From Candidatus Gottesmanbacteria bacterium (GTDB lineage: Bacteria > Patescibacteriota > Microgenomatia > UBA10105 > UBA927), in NCBI GenBank assembly GCA_963701185.1, contig OY969569.1, positions 923,548-987,547 on the forward strand: a stretch of DNA of 64,000 nt, in the 5' to 3' direction. Positions 1 to 9,702 of the stretch are shown piece after piece. Position 1 is the first letter of the stretch; every line of letters begins with the position of its first letter. The notes below the pieces were generated by a model, which saw only the letters and a program-made list of their open reading frames with translations, was not told the origin of the DNA and made no database searches. The position numbers were made by a program, and so were the translations under genes.

Positions 1-2321
1 TAGAAGTTTTCGGGATCAGCATCCTGATTATTCTTATTCTTTTGGGCGGAGTTTGCCTTCTGGTATATGCAATATTTCTGTTGTGGAAATACCGCGACCG
101 GGAAGAACGGTCCCTTGAGTATGTTCTTCTTCAGATGGCAGTTCCCAGAGAGAATGAAATAAAAATTGACGCGGCGGAACAGTTGTTTGCCAGTCTCTAC
201 AATATCCACAAATCGGGTTTCTGGTCATTTCTTACCCCGCAGCCTCATTTATCCTTTGAAATTGTTGCCAAACAGGAGGATATCCGTTTTTATGCGGCGG
301 TGCCGCGGCGCCTTATGGATCTGGTGGAAAAACAGATTCACGGCGCGTATCCGGGGGCGGATATTAAAGAAGTGGATGAATATTCCATATTTTCGCAAAC
401 AGGGCGAATTGCATTTGCAGCGTTGCGGCTGAAGAATTCACCGTATATGCCCGTGCGGGTGTTCCGGGATTTACCGACGGACCCCTTGTCTTCCATCACC
501 TCGGTATTAGCTAAAATGGGGCAGGGAGAGGGCGCCGTCATTCAGGTGTTGATTCAACCGACGAATAGCAAATGGCGGTCACTCGGGCGTTCCTATATTT
601 CAAAAGTGAAGAAAGATGAGGCAAATCCGGAAAAAGCAAGCTTTAAAGTGGATCCCAAGTCACTGGAAGCGGTAGAGCAGAAAACAAGTAAGCCGGGATT
701 TAATACAGTCGTACGTCTGGTTGTTTCCTCAACGAGCCAGGAAAACGCGAAGATGCACCTTGATAATTTGATGACCAGTTTCGGACAGTTCTCCTCCGAT
801 CACAATTATTTTACGAAAGTAAAGTTCCCGCTTTTTACAAAAAAACTGTTTATGATGGATTTTATTTACCGGTATTTTCCCGTTCTCAATCTGCCGTTTT
901 TACCCCAGTACAGCATTCTCAACAGTGATGAACTTGCAACCGTCTATCATTTACCGAATAAAACGGTAGAAACGGCTCACATTTTCTGGCTCAATGCAAA
1001 ACGCGCGCCCGCCCCGTCTCAGATTCCGACAACTGGTTTGTATCTGGGGAAGTCCCGGTACCGCGGGATCGAGCGGCCTATTTATATCAGCGACGAAGAC
1101 AGGCGCCGGCATCTCTACATCATCGGAAAAACCGGTACGGGCAAATCACAGCTATTGGAGGAAATGATTGTTCAGGATATTGGCGCCGGCAAGGGAGTGG
1201 CGGTTGTCGATCCCCACGGAGATCTTATTGACGGCGTACTTAACAGAATTCCTCCGGAGCGGGCGGAAGATGTTATTTATTTTGATCCGTCCGATACGGA
1301 AAGGCCGATGGGTCTCAATATGCTGGAAGCCGGAACAGAGGAACAGAAACATTTTGTGGTGACGTCGATTGTGGGACTGATGTATAAACTGTATGACCCT
1401 ATGAAAACCGGCATTATCGGGCCGAGGTTTGAACACGCTATCAGGAATGCCATGCTGACCGTTATGGTAGAACCGGGTAATACGTTTGTCGAAGTCGTAC
1501 GCGTCCTCACCGACAGCAGTTTTGTGCAGGAGCTCCTGCCGAAACTGCAGGACCCCATTATCCGCCGGTACTGGACGGATCAGATTGCCCAAACTGCCGA
1601 CTTTCATAAGTCAGAAGTATTGGACTACATCGTGTCGAAGTTCGGCCGGTTTGTCACGAATAAATTAATGCGAAACATCATCGGCCAGTCGGAGTCGAGC
1701 TTTAATTTCCGCAACGTAATGGACGACGGGAAAATACTTCTCGTGAATCTCGCAAAAGGAAAAATCGGTGAAGAAAACAGCAATTTCCTCGGACTTATTT
1801 TGGTGCCCAGGATATTAATATCCGCGATGAGCCGGCAGGAAATTCCGGAAGAGAAAAGGAAAGATTTTTATTTGTACGTCGATGAGTTTCAAAATTTTGC
1901 AACACCGGATTTCGCTCAGATTTTGTCGGAGGCTCGGAAATACAGATTAAATCTCATCGTTGCCAACCAATTCATCGGCCAGATGGAAGAGGAAGTGAAA
2001 AATGCCGTGTTCGGCAACGTCGGGACGCTAATTGGTTTCCGCGTCGGCGTGACGGACGCCAATTATTTGCAACATGAGTATCAGCCGACGTTTAATGAAT
2101 CGGATTTGATAAATATTGACAGATATAACGCGTATGTCAAAACCAATGTTCATAATGAGCCGGTTAAACCGTTTTCGATGGATCTCACCAAAGACATGAC
2201 AAAAGTAAATGCCGCGCGCAATCAGAAAGTCGCGGATGCAATCATTCAACTGTCGCGTTTGAAGTACGGCCGTTCACGGGAACTTGTGGAGGCCGAAATA
2301 TCACAACGCGCACGATTGTAA
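1..2321 (+). CDS. Membrane-anchored P-loop ATPase of the VirD4/TraD/TraG-like (HerA-FtsK superfamily) type; 5' end truncated by the window edge (frame is open from base 3, TM helix ILIILILLGGVCLLVYAIFLLW)
   Basis: Walker A IIGKTGTGKSQ, Walker B-like LYVDEFQNF and LIVANQF motif. N-terminal TM helix. No stop upstream within the window. Confidence 0.5.
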   Translation, partial: EVFGISILIILILLGGVCLLVYAIFLLWKYRDREERSLEYVLLQMAVPRENEIKIDAAEQLFASLYNIHKSGFWSFLTPQPHLSFEIVAKQEDIRFYAAVPRRLMDLVEKQIHGAYPGADIKEVDEYSIFSQTGRIAFAALRLKNSPYMPVRVFRDLPTDPLSSITSVLAKMGQGEGAVIQVLIQPTNSKWRSLGRSYISKVKKDEANPEKASFKVDPKSLEAVEQKTSKPGFNTVVRLVVSSTSQENAKMHLDNLMTSFGQFSSDHNYFTKVKFPLFTKKLFMMDFIYRYFPVLNLPFLPQYSILNSDELATVYHLPNKTVETAHIFWLNAKRAPAPSQIPTTGLYLGKSRYRGIERPIYISDEDRRRHLYIIGKTGTGKSQLLEEMIVQDIGAGKGVAVVDPHGDLIDGVLNRIPPERAEDVIYFDPSDTERPMGLNMLEAGTEEQKHFVVTSIVGLMYKLYDPMKTGIIGPRFEHAIRNAMLTVMVEPGNTFVEVVRVLTDSSFVQELLPKLQDPIIRRYWTDQIAQTADFHKSEVLDYIVSKFGRFVTNKLMRNIIGQSESSFNFRNVMDDGKILLVNLAKGKIGEENSNFLGLILVPRILISAMSRQEIPEEKRKDFYLYVDEFQNFATPDFAQILSEARKYRLNLIVANQFIGQMEEEVKNAVFGNVGTLIGFRVGVTDANYLQHEYQPTFNESDLINIDRYNAYVKTNVHNEPVKPFSMDLTKDMTKVNAARNQKVADAIIQLSRLKYGRSRELVEAEISQRARL

Positions 2322-2393
2322 AAATTACCCCTTTACATCTCATGCATTTGCGGTATTCTCACTATGTACTAAATATTTTTTATTTTACGATGC

Positions 2394-3785
2394 ATGGATA
2401 TTCAAGAGTCTCCGTTTAGTTTACCCAAAATTCCGGAATCCACCGTCTACATATTTAACATGTCGGAAGACGTGTGGCCGTTTATCAGTGCCATGTCTGA
2501 TAAACAGGAACGGGTCCATGAAATAGAAGAAAACGCGGATTTGGGAGATCGGGATCTTTTTTCATTTTGTGCGGAAGAAAGTATGATATTCGTATTGCCC
2601 CGTCCTGTTGACGACTCGTTTTTTGATTATTTTACATCCCTGTTCGGTAAACGGAATTTTCAGGTGCTTGTGCCGAAATCTCACTCCGGAGTGATTTGTG
2701 AAGATATTCTTCGCGACGCCGCCGTTATGCAGGCATTAATAAACGCCGCCAATGGAAGCAAGAGACTCGTCATTAAAAGTTATACAACCTCCCAAGCATT
2801 TTTGGATCTTATCCGGACACTTCGGGAACGGGGATTGACCATATTTACGCCGGAAGCGCCGGAAGAAGAAGATGCCTGGACGGTAAACTTTTTCGGAAGC
2901 AAATCCGGTTTTCGTCAGCTGTCTCAGCAAAGCCGCGCGGTAGAACCGGATTTCATGATGGCAGACGGTATTGTGGTAAGCGGTATTATTGACGCGTCGC
3001 GCATTGCGGCGAACAAATACGTCAGCGAACACGGGGTGGTCATAAAAACCAATAAAGGGCATTCCGGAGCAGGAGTTCTGCTTCTGCGGGACGGGGAACT
3101 ACCGTCCGACTATTCGTCCTGTCAAAAAGCGATATTGAGAATGCTCCAAAAAGATGAGTATTGGAAATTATTTCCTATTGTCATAGAATCACTTCTTACC
3201 GTCAACCCGGCAGTCGGCGGGGGATTTCCGAACGTTGAATTTCAGATTTTGAAAAACGGACACGTGGAGTTTTTGTATTATGGTGGCATGCGGGTAACCC
3301 GCGACGGAGTATTCCGGGGTATGGAAATTCACAACGATGCCATCTCGGAGCAGGTTGAAGTGCGGATGGTGGATACGGGATTTTTCATCGGTGAACAATA
3401 CCGGGCGAACGGGTACCGCGGATATTTTGACGTGGATTTTGTGGCAGCAAAAAACGGGCAGCTGTACGTGACGGAATCAAACGTCCGGCGGACAGGCGGC
3501 ACGCATGTATTTGCCACAGCTGAGAAATTATTCGGAAAAGACTTCATGTATCTTACATACATATTATCCAATAATGCGTATAAATTATCGGAGAAAAAAA
3601 TGTATACGTTTAACGAAATGCTGACAATACTTACGCCGGTATTATTTAATAAAGAAACCCGCGAAGGGCTTATTATTATCTCAGAAAATCTTCTTTCCTA
3701 TCACCAGCTCGGCTATATTATTTTCGGCAAAACCGAAAAGCGCGCGCGCGATTTGGAAGAAAAAATGATTGAACTCCTTCATTAA
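2394..3785 (+). CDS. ATP-grasp fold protein with an N-terminal domain of unknown function
   Basis: C-terminal ATP-grasp signature YRGYFDVDFVAAKNGQLYVTESNVRRTGGTH with KTNKGHSGAGV upstream. No closer family recognisable. Confidence 0.4.
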   Translation: MDIQESPFSLPKIPESTVYIFNMSEDVWPFISAMSDKQERVHEIEENADLGDRDLFSFCAEESMIFVLPRPVDDSFFDYFTSLFGKRNFQVLVPKSHSGVICEDILRDAAVMQALINAANGSKRLVIKSYTTSQAFLDLIRTLRERGLTIFTPEAPEEEDAWTVNFFGSKSGFRQLSQQSRAVEPDFMMADGIVVSGIIDASRIAANKYVSEHGVVIKTNKGHSGAGVLLLRDGELPSDYSSCQKAILRMLQKDEYWKLFPIVIESLLTVNPAVGGGFPNVEFQILKNGHVEFLYYGGMRVTRDGVFRGMEIHNDAISEQVEVRMVDTGFFIGEQYRANGYRGYFDVDFVAAKNGQLYVTESNVRRTGGTHVFATAEKLFGKDFMYLTYILSNNAYKLSEKKMYTFNEMLTILTPVLFNKETREGLIIISENLLSYHQLGYIIFGKTEKRARDLEEKMIELLH

Positions 3786-3817
3786 GCCCCTTTTGGTATA
3801 ATAATAGAGTTTTCCTT

Positions 3818-3889
3818 GGGGCCGTAGTTCATTGGTAGAACGCGATCCTTATAAGATCGATGTACTTGGTCCGATTCCAAGCGGCCCCA
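3818..3889 (+). tRNA. tRNA-Ile with anticodon UAU (reads AUA)
   Basis: Manual cloverleaf fold. Acceptor GGGGCCG/CGGCCCC. D arm GTTC-ATTGGTA-GAAC. Anticodon stem CGATC/GATCG with loop CTTATAA (U33, anticodon TAT, A37). T arm CTTGG-TCCGATT-CCAAG. Discriminator A, no encoded CCA. Confidence 0.6.
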
Positions 3890-3890
3890 C

Positions 3891-4415
3891 ATGGAATTGG
3901 TTGTATTAGTTGATGAACAGAATAATCCTATCGGGACGATGCCGAAGGAAAAAGTCCACGCGTTTACGACCCCTTTACATAGGGGATTTTCATTATTTAT
4001 TTTTAATCGGAACCATGAACTTCTGGTGACCCGCCGTGCGGCAACAAAAAAAACATTTCCGGACGTGTGGACCAATACGGTGTGCGGGCATCCGGGGCCC
4101 AACGAAGATGTCGTGACGGCCGCCAAACGTCGGCTGAAGGACGAGCTGGGAATTATCGCTGACGATATTAAAGTCGTCGCTGCGTACCGGTATAAATTTG
4201 CCGATATTCACGGCATTGTGGAAAATGAAATCTGTCCTGTTCTCGTGGGCCACACTGAACAGGATCCTAAACCCGACCCACGGGAGGTTGATGGGTGGAA
4301 ATGGATGGGGTGGCAGGAATTTTTAACCGAAACCCAAAACATTTCCGGTAAATATTCCCCGTGGTGTATCGAAGAGGCGGCTATACTTCAACAGAAAGAT
4401 CCGGCATTGCGGTAA
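3891..4415 (+). CDS. idi: Isopentenyl-diphosphate delta-isomerase, type 1 (Nudix fold)
   Basis: WTNTVCGHP matches the IDI-1 active-site Cys motif. Nudix-like E-rich region. 174 aa, typical length. Start ATG 2 nt after the tRNA 3' end. Confidence 0.75.
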   Translation: MELVVLVDEQNNPIGTMPKEKVHAFTTPLHRGFSLFIFNRNHELLVTRRAATKKTFPDVWTNTVCGHPGPNEDVVTAAKRRLKDELGIIADDIKVVAAYRYKFADIHGIVENEICPVLVGHTEQDPKPDPREVDGWKWMGWQEFLTETQNISGKYSPWCIEEAAILQQKDPALR

Positions 4416-5352
4416 CCGTGTGCCAGTCTGTCGGTTCTCCCCTGAAATATGCGTAACTGCCGATATATGCGGCGTTATCCGTACATAAATGTACCTCCGG
4501 TACGTGAATTATGAATTGCGAATTATGAATCATGAATTTTTCACGTAAGCGCAAGTTGGCAGAAACACCTCCTGAAATAAGAATCGATTTTGCATTATAT
4601 TTTTGTGCTGCATGCAGTGTTTTTACGACTAACACGTCGGTAATTGCCTCCTGCACTTCATAGGCAAAAGCAGACACTGGGATGGTATTTTTCCGTTTGT
4701 TCCATTCCCGCAAAATCGCAGTTTTTAATCCGGAAAAAGAAAAATTGAGTGACCCGTCGTGCATCAGAGGCCGCGGTAATGAAAAATCCAATTTCTGTTT
4801 TTGTGCATTTTCCTGTATTGCTGCCCCTCCGCGGTTTTCAAAACCAAGTAAGCGCGCGGTTTTATCAAACGCTTCGCCTGCGGCATCATCGATGGTCCCG
4901 CCGAGCCAGTGCAGATCGTGATTGTTTTTCATTAAAAATAGTTCTGTATGACCACCGGAAACGACAAGTGAAATTGCTGGGAATTTTATTTCGGTACCGT
5001 CAATGAAATTAGCATACATGTGAGCTAATACGTGGTTCACTGGAATTAATTGTTTTTTTGTTACCATCGCCATAGTTTTTGCCGTCTCCACTCCGATCAA
5101 CAATGATCCGATCAGCCCCGGTCCTACCGTTACTGCAATTGCGTCAAAATCCGTTTTTGCGGTTGCCTCGGTAATCGATCGGAATAATCACTTTGAGTTG
5201 TTCGCGTGCCGCCACTTCCGGCATGATTCCGCCGTATTTTGCATGCATTGCGGCGCTGGTTGCAATGACAGAACTCAATGGATTTTTATTCCGTTTTCAA
5301 CAATCGCCGCCGCTGTTTCATCGCAACTGGATTCTATGGCAAGTATTTTCAT
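4381..5352 (-). pseudogene. tsaD: tsaD (Kae1/YgjD; tRNA t6A N6-threonylcarbamoyltransferase) interrupted by two frameshifts in its 5' third
   Basis: ORF 4381..5103 encodes the C-terminal two thirds (LVVSGGHTELF, TIDDAAGEAFDKTARLLG, FSFSGLKTA, CTDNAAYIG). Upstream, MKILAIESSCDETAAAIVENG (start 5352) then IATSAAMHAKYGGIMPEVAAREQLKVIIPI lie in two other frames. Shifts are at the T5 run 5283-5287 and near 5170-5185. Confidence 0.6.
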
Positions 5353-5361
5353 GTGGCTATT

Positions 5362-5781
5362 CTACTCAAGTCCCAGAAGTTTAGCTAATTGGCTTGTCGA
5401 AGGGGTATGGATTTTGGGGATCTCGACGAGTGTCGCTCCAATTGTTTTTGCTTGTTCCATTTTTTTATCTCTTGCGTGGTCACCTTCGGTAACAGCGATG
5501 ACTGCAGGTTTTATTTTTTTAACCAGTTCCAAATAATCCGGGTAGCCGTGCATGGGAGGAAGCGCGATGACTTCGTCAACAAACGATAACGACTCAAGCA
5601 TAACTTTGCGCTGTGCCTGCGTGTGAACCGGGCGCGCGTCACCCTTCATGCGCCGCACATCTTCGTCCGATTCAAGCGCTACAATAAGGTAATCGCCCAA
5701 AGATTTCGCCTGTTTCAAAAATGATATATGGCCGAAGTGTAAGAGATCAAAACATCCGCCGACGAGTACAATTTTTTTCAT
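5362..5781 (-). CDS. Cytidylyltransferase-family nucleotidyltransferase (TagD/RibL/HldE-C-like, HxGH motif)
   Basis: MKKIVLVGGCFDLLHFGHISFLKQAKSLGDYLIVAL ... FVDEVI resembles glycerol-3-phosphate cytidylyltransferase and RibL. AGGAA RBS before the ATG at 5781. The ORF-track start at 5811 is an upstream extension. Confidence 0.6.
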   Translation of the reverse strand: MKKIVLVGGCFDLLHFGHISFLKQAKSLGDYLIVALESDEDVRRMKGDARPVHTQAQRKVMLESLSFVDEVIALPPMHGYPDYLELVKKIKPAVIAVTEGDHARDKKMEQAKTIGATLVEIPKIHTPSTSQLAKLLGLE

Positions 5782-7166
5782 TGAGTTCCTTTCAGGTATA
5801 CGGCCTGCCACGCTTGATAGTTGGAAATGAACGTATCTTTTTGGAGTGTTTCACCGTTTCGTGTTACCAGATAGTCAAATGATGCTTTGGCGCCCCATGC
5901 GGCAAAATCAACCTGTTTTACGACTCCGCGGGCGAGTGTCGGATCATCCTGATACAGATCCGGCGGGGGTTGTGTCACATCCCAGAGCTTCTGGTTTAAA
6001 ATTTGTGCTTTTCTGCCGTCACCGGCTCCGAAGAAATTAATCGTCAGAGACAGATTCGTAAGGTCTGTTTTCGTTTGGATAAGAATGGCTGTTCCCGTAT
6101 CATTTTTGAATTTAAAATCATACGTAGGACTATAGACGGTGGCATCCAAACCCGGTTTAAATCCTCCTTCTTCATAATAATGAACCCGATATGCATGAGC
6201 GTGCCGTTCAATAACCGGAAGCCCCGCCGCCAACACGGCTCGGAAAAGCGTTGTTGATACTTGACATACCCCACCGCCGTCGCCCAGCACGGTACGCCCG
6301 TCTTTTATAATGTATGCGGACTGGTATCCTGTGGCCGCGGATATATCTCCAACCGCGTCATTAAATGAGAACGTCTCACCGGGTTTCACGAGGATACCGT
6401 TAATTCTGCCGGCCGCAAGAGCGATGTTGTGGATTCTTCCTGCTATGGAGCCGGCGAACTCCGAATATCCGGAGCCGATAAGCTCTCTGATGCCGAATGT
6501 GTTTGCCTGATCAGTCGCCACTGCTGGTTTGACCGATTCAATTGGCATAAGAATCGTCATCCGTTGTTGTCCCGTACGCGCCGCCGTATACAATGCCCGT
6601 GACAGTCGGGCATTTGCTTCGTCTTTATTGAGCTGTCTCCCGGTTGTCGACGGACGGAAACTTGCCACCCTCCCGTTTTGAAATTGAAAAAGCGCAGACG
6701 TCGCGGGTACGTCGACCTGTGCCGCGATATCATTGAACATGCCGGTAACGACGGAGCTATTCCAGCGGAAATACGGAGCGAGATTCACGGAATTTTGAAA
6801 CAGTTTGAAGTAGATGTCTGAGAGCAAATTCCGCGATCGGCCGATAAGGAACGCCTGTGTGGCAGAAAGCGTTGCATCATATCCCAGATCCAAATCCATT
6901 CCTGATATGGTTGCGGTTTTGCCATCGTACCGGAGTTCAAACTGCATGCTGTTAAACGGTGTATTTTTCCTCAACCAATAGGCCTCAACATCTGTAGGGA
7001 TCTTGCCGCCTACATCAATATTTCCGACGGAAACCCGCGGATAGATCCGTCCTTGATAGGTTGTTTCAAACGCAATACCGGTCATAAGAGTGAAGATCAT
7101 GATGATCAAGCCGATAAATATTCCTGCACGAAGCAATCGCTCTGTATTGTGCTTTGTTTTGCGCAT
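5778..7166 (-). CDS. VanW family protein with N-terminal TM helix
   Basis: VanW-domain signature GGGVCQVSTTLFRAVLAAGLPVIERHAHAY. N-terminal TM. Confidence 0.7.
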   Translation of the reverse strand: MRKTKHNTERLLRAGIFIGLIIMIFTLMTGIAFETTYQGRIYPRVSVGNIDVGGKIPTDVEAYWLRKNTPFNSMQFELRYDGKTATISGMDLDLGYDATLSATQAFLIGRSRNLLSDIYFKLFQNSVNLAPYFRWNSSVVTGMFNDIAAQVDVPATSALFQFQNGRVASFRPSTTGRQLNKDEANARLSRALYTAARTGQQRMTILMPIESVKPAVATDQANTFGIRELIGSGYSEFAGSIAGRIHNIALAAGRINGILVKPGETFSFNDAVGDISAATGYQSAYIIKDGRTVLGDGGGVCQVSTTLFRAVLAAGLPVIERHAHAYRVHYYEEGGFKPGLDATVYSPTYDFKFKNDTGTAILIQTKTDLTNLSLTINFFGAGDGRKAQILNQKLWDVTQPPPDLYQDDPTLARGVVKQVDFAAWGAKASFDYLVTRNGETLQKDTFISNYQAWQAVYLKGTQ

Positions 7167-7213
7167 GATATGATAATTATACCTGAGTTGCGTAAATTGC
7201 GCGGGAGTTTGTT

Positions 7214-8818
7214 ATGGATGACACAAAGCCATTATCAGCGGGGGATTCACCGCCGCTTTTATCGCCGGAACCCCCGGCTCCTCCGCTTCCTGCCGAGCCC
7301 AGCCCGGCACCGTCCGATACCGGTCCGCTTAATTGGGGTATTACGCCGAAAGAGGCTCCGCTTCAGCCTGCTTTTCCGCCGGACATGCAGGCCTCGCTGG
7401 AAAACAAAGAAACACTCGTCATTCCGCCGGCAGAATCAAATGCAAACCCGTTTATACCAGAGGAGTCTGCTCCTGCCGCTCAGCCGCCACCATCACATAC
7501 AGGCAATTCATTTGTTAAAAGATTTATCAAGATCCTTCTTATTTTTCTTGTACTTGCGGGTGTCGGCATTGGGGTCAAGTATGTGTTAGGAATGACTTCC
7601 GGAGCTAAAGAAGCAACCATTACCTACTGGGGTCTATGGGAAGATAGTCCCGCGGTACAAACTGCTATTGCTGAATTCCAAACGGCAAACCCAAAGATTA
7701 AAGTGACGTATGTAAAACAATCACTCCGCCAGTACCGTGAGCGGTTGCAGGCGGCAATTACCCGGGGTGATGGCCCGGACGTTTTTCAATTCCATAACAC
7801 GTGGGTACCGATGCTGCGCAATGACTTATCACCGGCGCCCACCACATTTATGACGACCCAGCAGTTTAGCGCGACATTTTATCCCGTGGCATCGGCGGAT
7901 TTAGTCGGAGGGCAGACAATCTACGGGGCGCCGCTGATGTTTGACGGCTTAGGCCTTTATTATAATGAAGATTTGTTTACGACTGCAGGTGTGAAGCCGC
8001 CAACCACGTGGCCGGAACTTCTGGAGATCGTCCCGAAGTTGACCGTAAAAACGGATACACAAATCCAGCGGTCCGCCATTGCCCTGGGGACGACCGGCAA
8101 TGTTGAAAATTTCAGCGATATTGTGGGACTCATGATGATGCAAAACGGCGCGAGACTTACTAATCCCACCGGCAAAGAGGCGGAGGATACGCTTATGTTT
8201 TACCGGAAGTTTGCTAACCCCACGGACCCCGTCTACACATGGAATACAACATTGGATAATTCAATCTACGCATTCGCAATGGGCAAAGTCGCTATGATTC
8301 TCGCGCCGTCCTGGCGTGCGTTCGATGTCAAACAAATCAATGCTAATCTGCATTTTAAAATTGCACCCGTCCCGCAGCTGCCGGGCAACACCATCAACTG
8401 GGCATCGTATTGGGCGGCAGGAGTATCCGCTAAATCCAAAAACCAGGCGGCTGCCTGGACGTTTCTCAAATATCTCATTAGTAAAAATACGATGACGAAA
8501 TTATATGCGGAAGAGTCCAAAACCAGACTGTTCGGCGAACCCTACTCCCGGGTGGATATGGCAAGTACATTAACGAGTGATCCGTACGTGGGAGCCTACA
8601 TACAGGGAGCGGCAACCGCAAAATCGTTTCCGCTGGCCTCGCGGACATTTGACAACGGCATAAACGATAAACTTATCCAATACCTGACGGACGCGGTCAA
8701 TGCCGTGGGCGGCGGAACCGCTCCAGCGGGCGCTCTGCAGACGACTGCTGCCGGATTTTCCCAGGTACTGACAAGTTACGGAATATCTGCCGGTGCTGCT
8801 CCACGTCCGACGCCATAA
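7214..8818 (+). CDS. ABC transporter extracellular solute (sugar)-binding protein with Pro-rich N-terminal tail and TM/signal anchor
   Basis: Family-1 SBP-like sequence after the TM segment (ITYWGLWEDSPAVQTAIAEFQ...). N-terminal PPLLSPEPPAPPLPAEP low-complexity region. Confidence 0.5.
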   Translation: MDDTKPLSAGDSPPLLSPEPPAPPLPAEPSPAPSDTGPLNWGITPKEAPLQPAFPPDMQASLENKETLVIPPAESNANPFIPEESAPAAQPPPSHTGNSFVKRFIKILLIFLVLAGVGIGVKYVLGMTSGAKEATITYWGLWEDSPAVQTAIAEFQTANPKIKVTYVKQSLRQYRERLQAAITRGDGPDVFQFHNTWVPMLRNDLSPAPTTFMTTQQFSATFYPVASADLVGGQTIYGAPLMFDGLGLYYNEDLFTTAGVKPPTTWPELLEIVPKLTVKTDTQIQRSAIALGTTGNVENFSDIVGLMMMQNGARLTNPTGKEAEDTLMFYRKFANPTDPVYTWNTTLDNSIYAFAMGKVAMILAPSWRAFDVKQINANLHFKIAPVPQLPGNTINWASYWAAGVSAKSKNQAAAWTFLKYLISKNTMTKLYAEESKTRLFGEPYSRVDMASTLTSDPYVGAYIQGAATAKSFPLASRTFDNGINDKLIQYLTDAVNAVGGGTAPAGALQTTAAGFSQVLTSYGISAGAAPRPTP

Positions 8819-8821
8819 TCC

Positions 8822-9664
8822 ATGTCCCGCATATCAAAACATGATGCCCGTATCGCCACGTTTGCGTATGCAGACGTGTTTAATTATTCACTAACCCAGA
8901 AGGAATTTTTGCTGTGGTTTCTCTATTACCCCGTCCGGGTCAACGATGTACCAAAAGGTATTGGTGCGCATGTCAAAAATCAAAACGAACTATGGCAAAA
9001 AAATAAATGGAATATAGCCCGGAGAGTCAGTCAGTGGCTGGCGTGTATCCCCACGGTCCAACTGGTGGGCGTTACCGGGGGACTCGCGATGAATAATGCG
9101 GGGAGAAACGATGATATCGACTTGTTTTTTGTCGTTGCTGGCGGCACGCTGTGGGTGACCAGGATGCTCGCGACTCTGCTTATGGATGTTCTTGGCCTCC
9201 GTAGGCACCCGGAGGATACATCGGTAGCCAATAAAATATGCCTCAATATGTTTATGACTGCCGGCGCCACTGCGTTGCCCCAGGCAGACCGTGATTGTTT
9301 TACCGCGCATGAAGTCCTGCAGATGGTGCCCATCTGGGAACAGAAGGGAACGTATAAACGTTTTTTACAGTCGAACCGCTGGGTTTCCTCGTATCTTCCG
9401 AATGCGTGGAAAGAACGGACAGCGGCAACGGTTGACCGGATGTATACAAGCGTTCCGGTTGTTATTTTCCTGATGCGGCTGTTTGAATGGCCGGCAAAAT
9501 ATCTGCAGTTATGGTATATGGCCCGTCGCCGAACCCAGGAAGTTATTACCGATACCACGCTCCGGTTTCATCCCCGTGATGCGCGGATCTGGGTCAAACG
9601 GAAGCTTGGCGTGCGCTTAAGGCGGTTCCACATACCCCTTGACAAGGTTTTCTACGCACGCTAG
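8822..9664 (+). CDS. Hypothetical protein, possible pol-beta-type nucleotidyltransferase fold
   Basis: GVTGGLAMNNAGRNDDIDLFFV resembles the G[SG]-x(n)-DxD nucleotidyltransferase motif. No clear family. Confidence 0.3.
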   Translation: MSRISKHDARIATFAYADVFNYSLTQKEFLLWFLYYPVRVNDVPKGIGAHVKNQNELWQKNKWNIARRVSQWLACIPTVQLVGVTGGLAMNNAGRNDDIDLFFVVAGGTLWVTRMLATLLMDVLGLRRHPEDTSVANKICLNMFMTAGATALPQADRDCFTAHEVLQMVPIWEQKGTYKRFLQSNRWVSSYLPNAWKERTAATVDRMYTSVPVVIFLMRLFEWPAKYLQLWYMARRRTQEVITDTTLRFHPRDARIWVKRKLGVRLRRFHIPLDKVFYAR

Positions 9665-9667
9665 AAT
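9639..9667 (+). promoter_or_regulatory. Sigma-70-type promoter of groES: TTGACA-N17-TAGAAT
   Basis: TTGACA at 9639-9644, 17-nt spacer, TAGAAT at 9662-9667. Followed by CIRCE and an AAGGAGG RBS. Confidence 0.6.
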
Positions 9668-9692
9668 AGCACTCATCTCAAAAGAGTGATAA
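9666..9692 (+). promoter_or_regulatory. CIRCE operator (HrcA binding site) upstream of groES
   Basis: ATAGCACTC-N9-GAGTGATAA versus consensus TTAGCACTC-N9-GAGTGCTAA. Confidence 0.7.
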
Positions 9693-9702
9693 AGGAGGAC
9701 CC

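Noticed and set aside
4507-4545. GAATTATGAAT-like direct repeats
   Set aside because: Inside the tsaD coding sequence (encodes KFMIHNSQFIIH). No independent feature.
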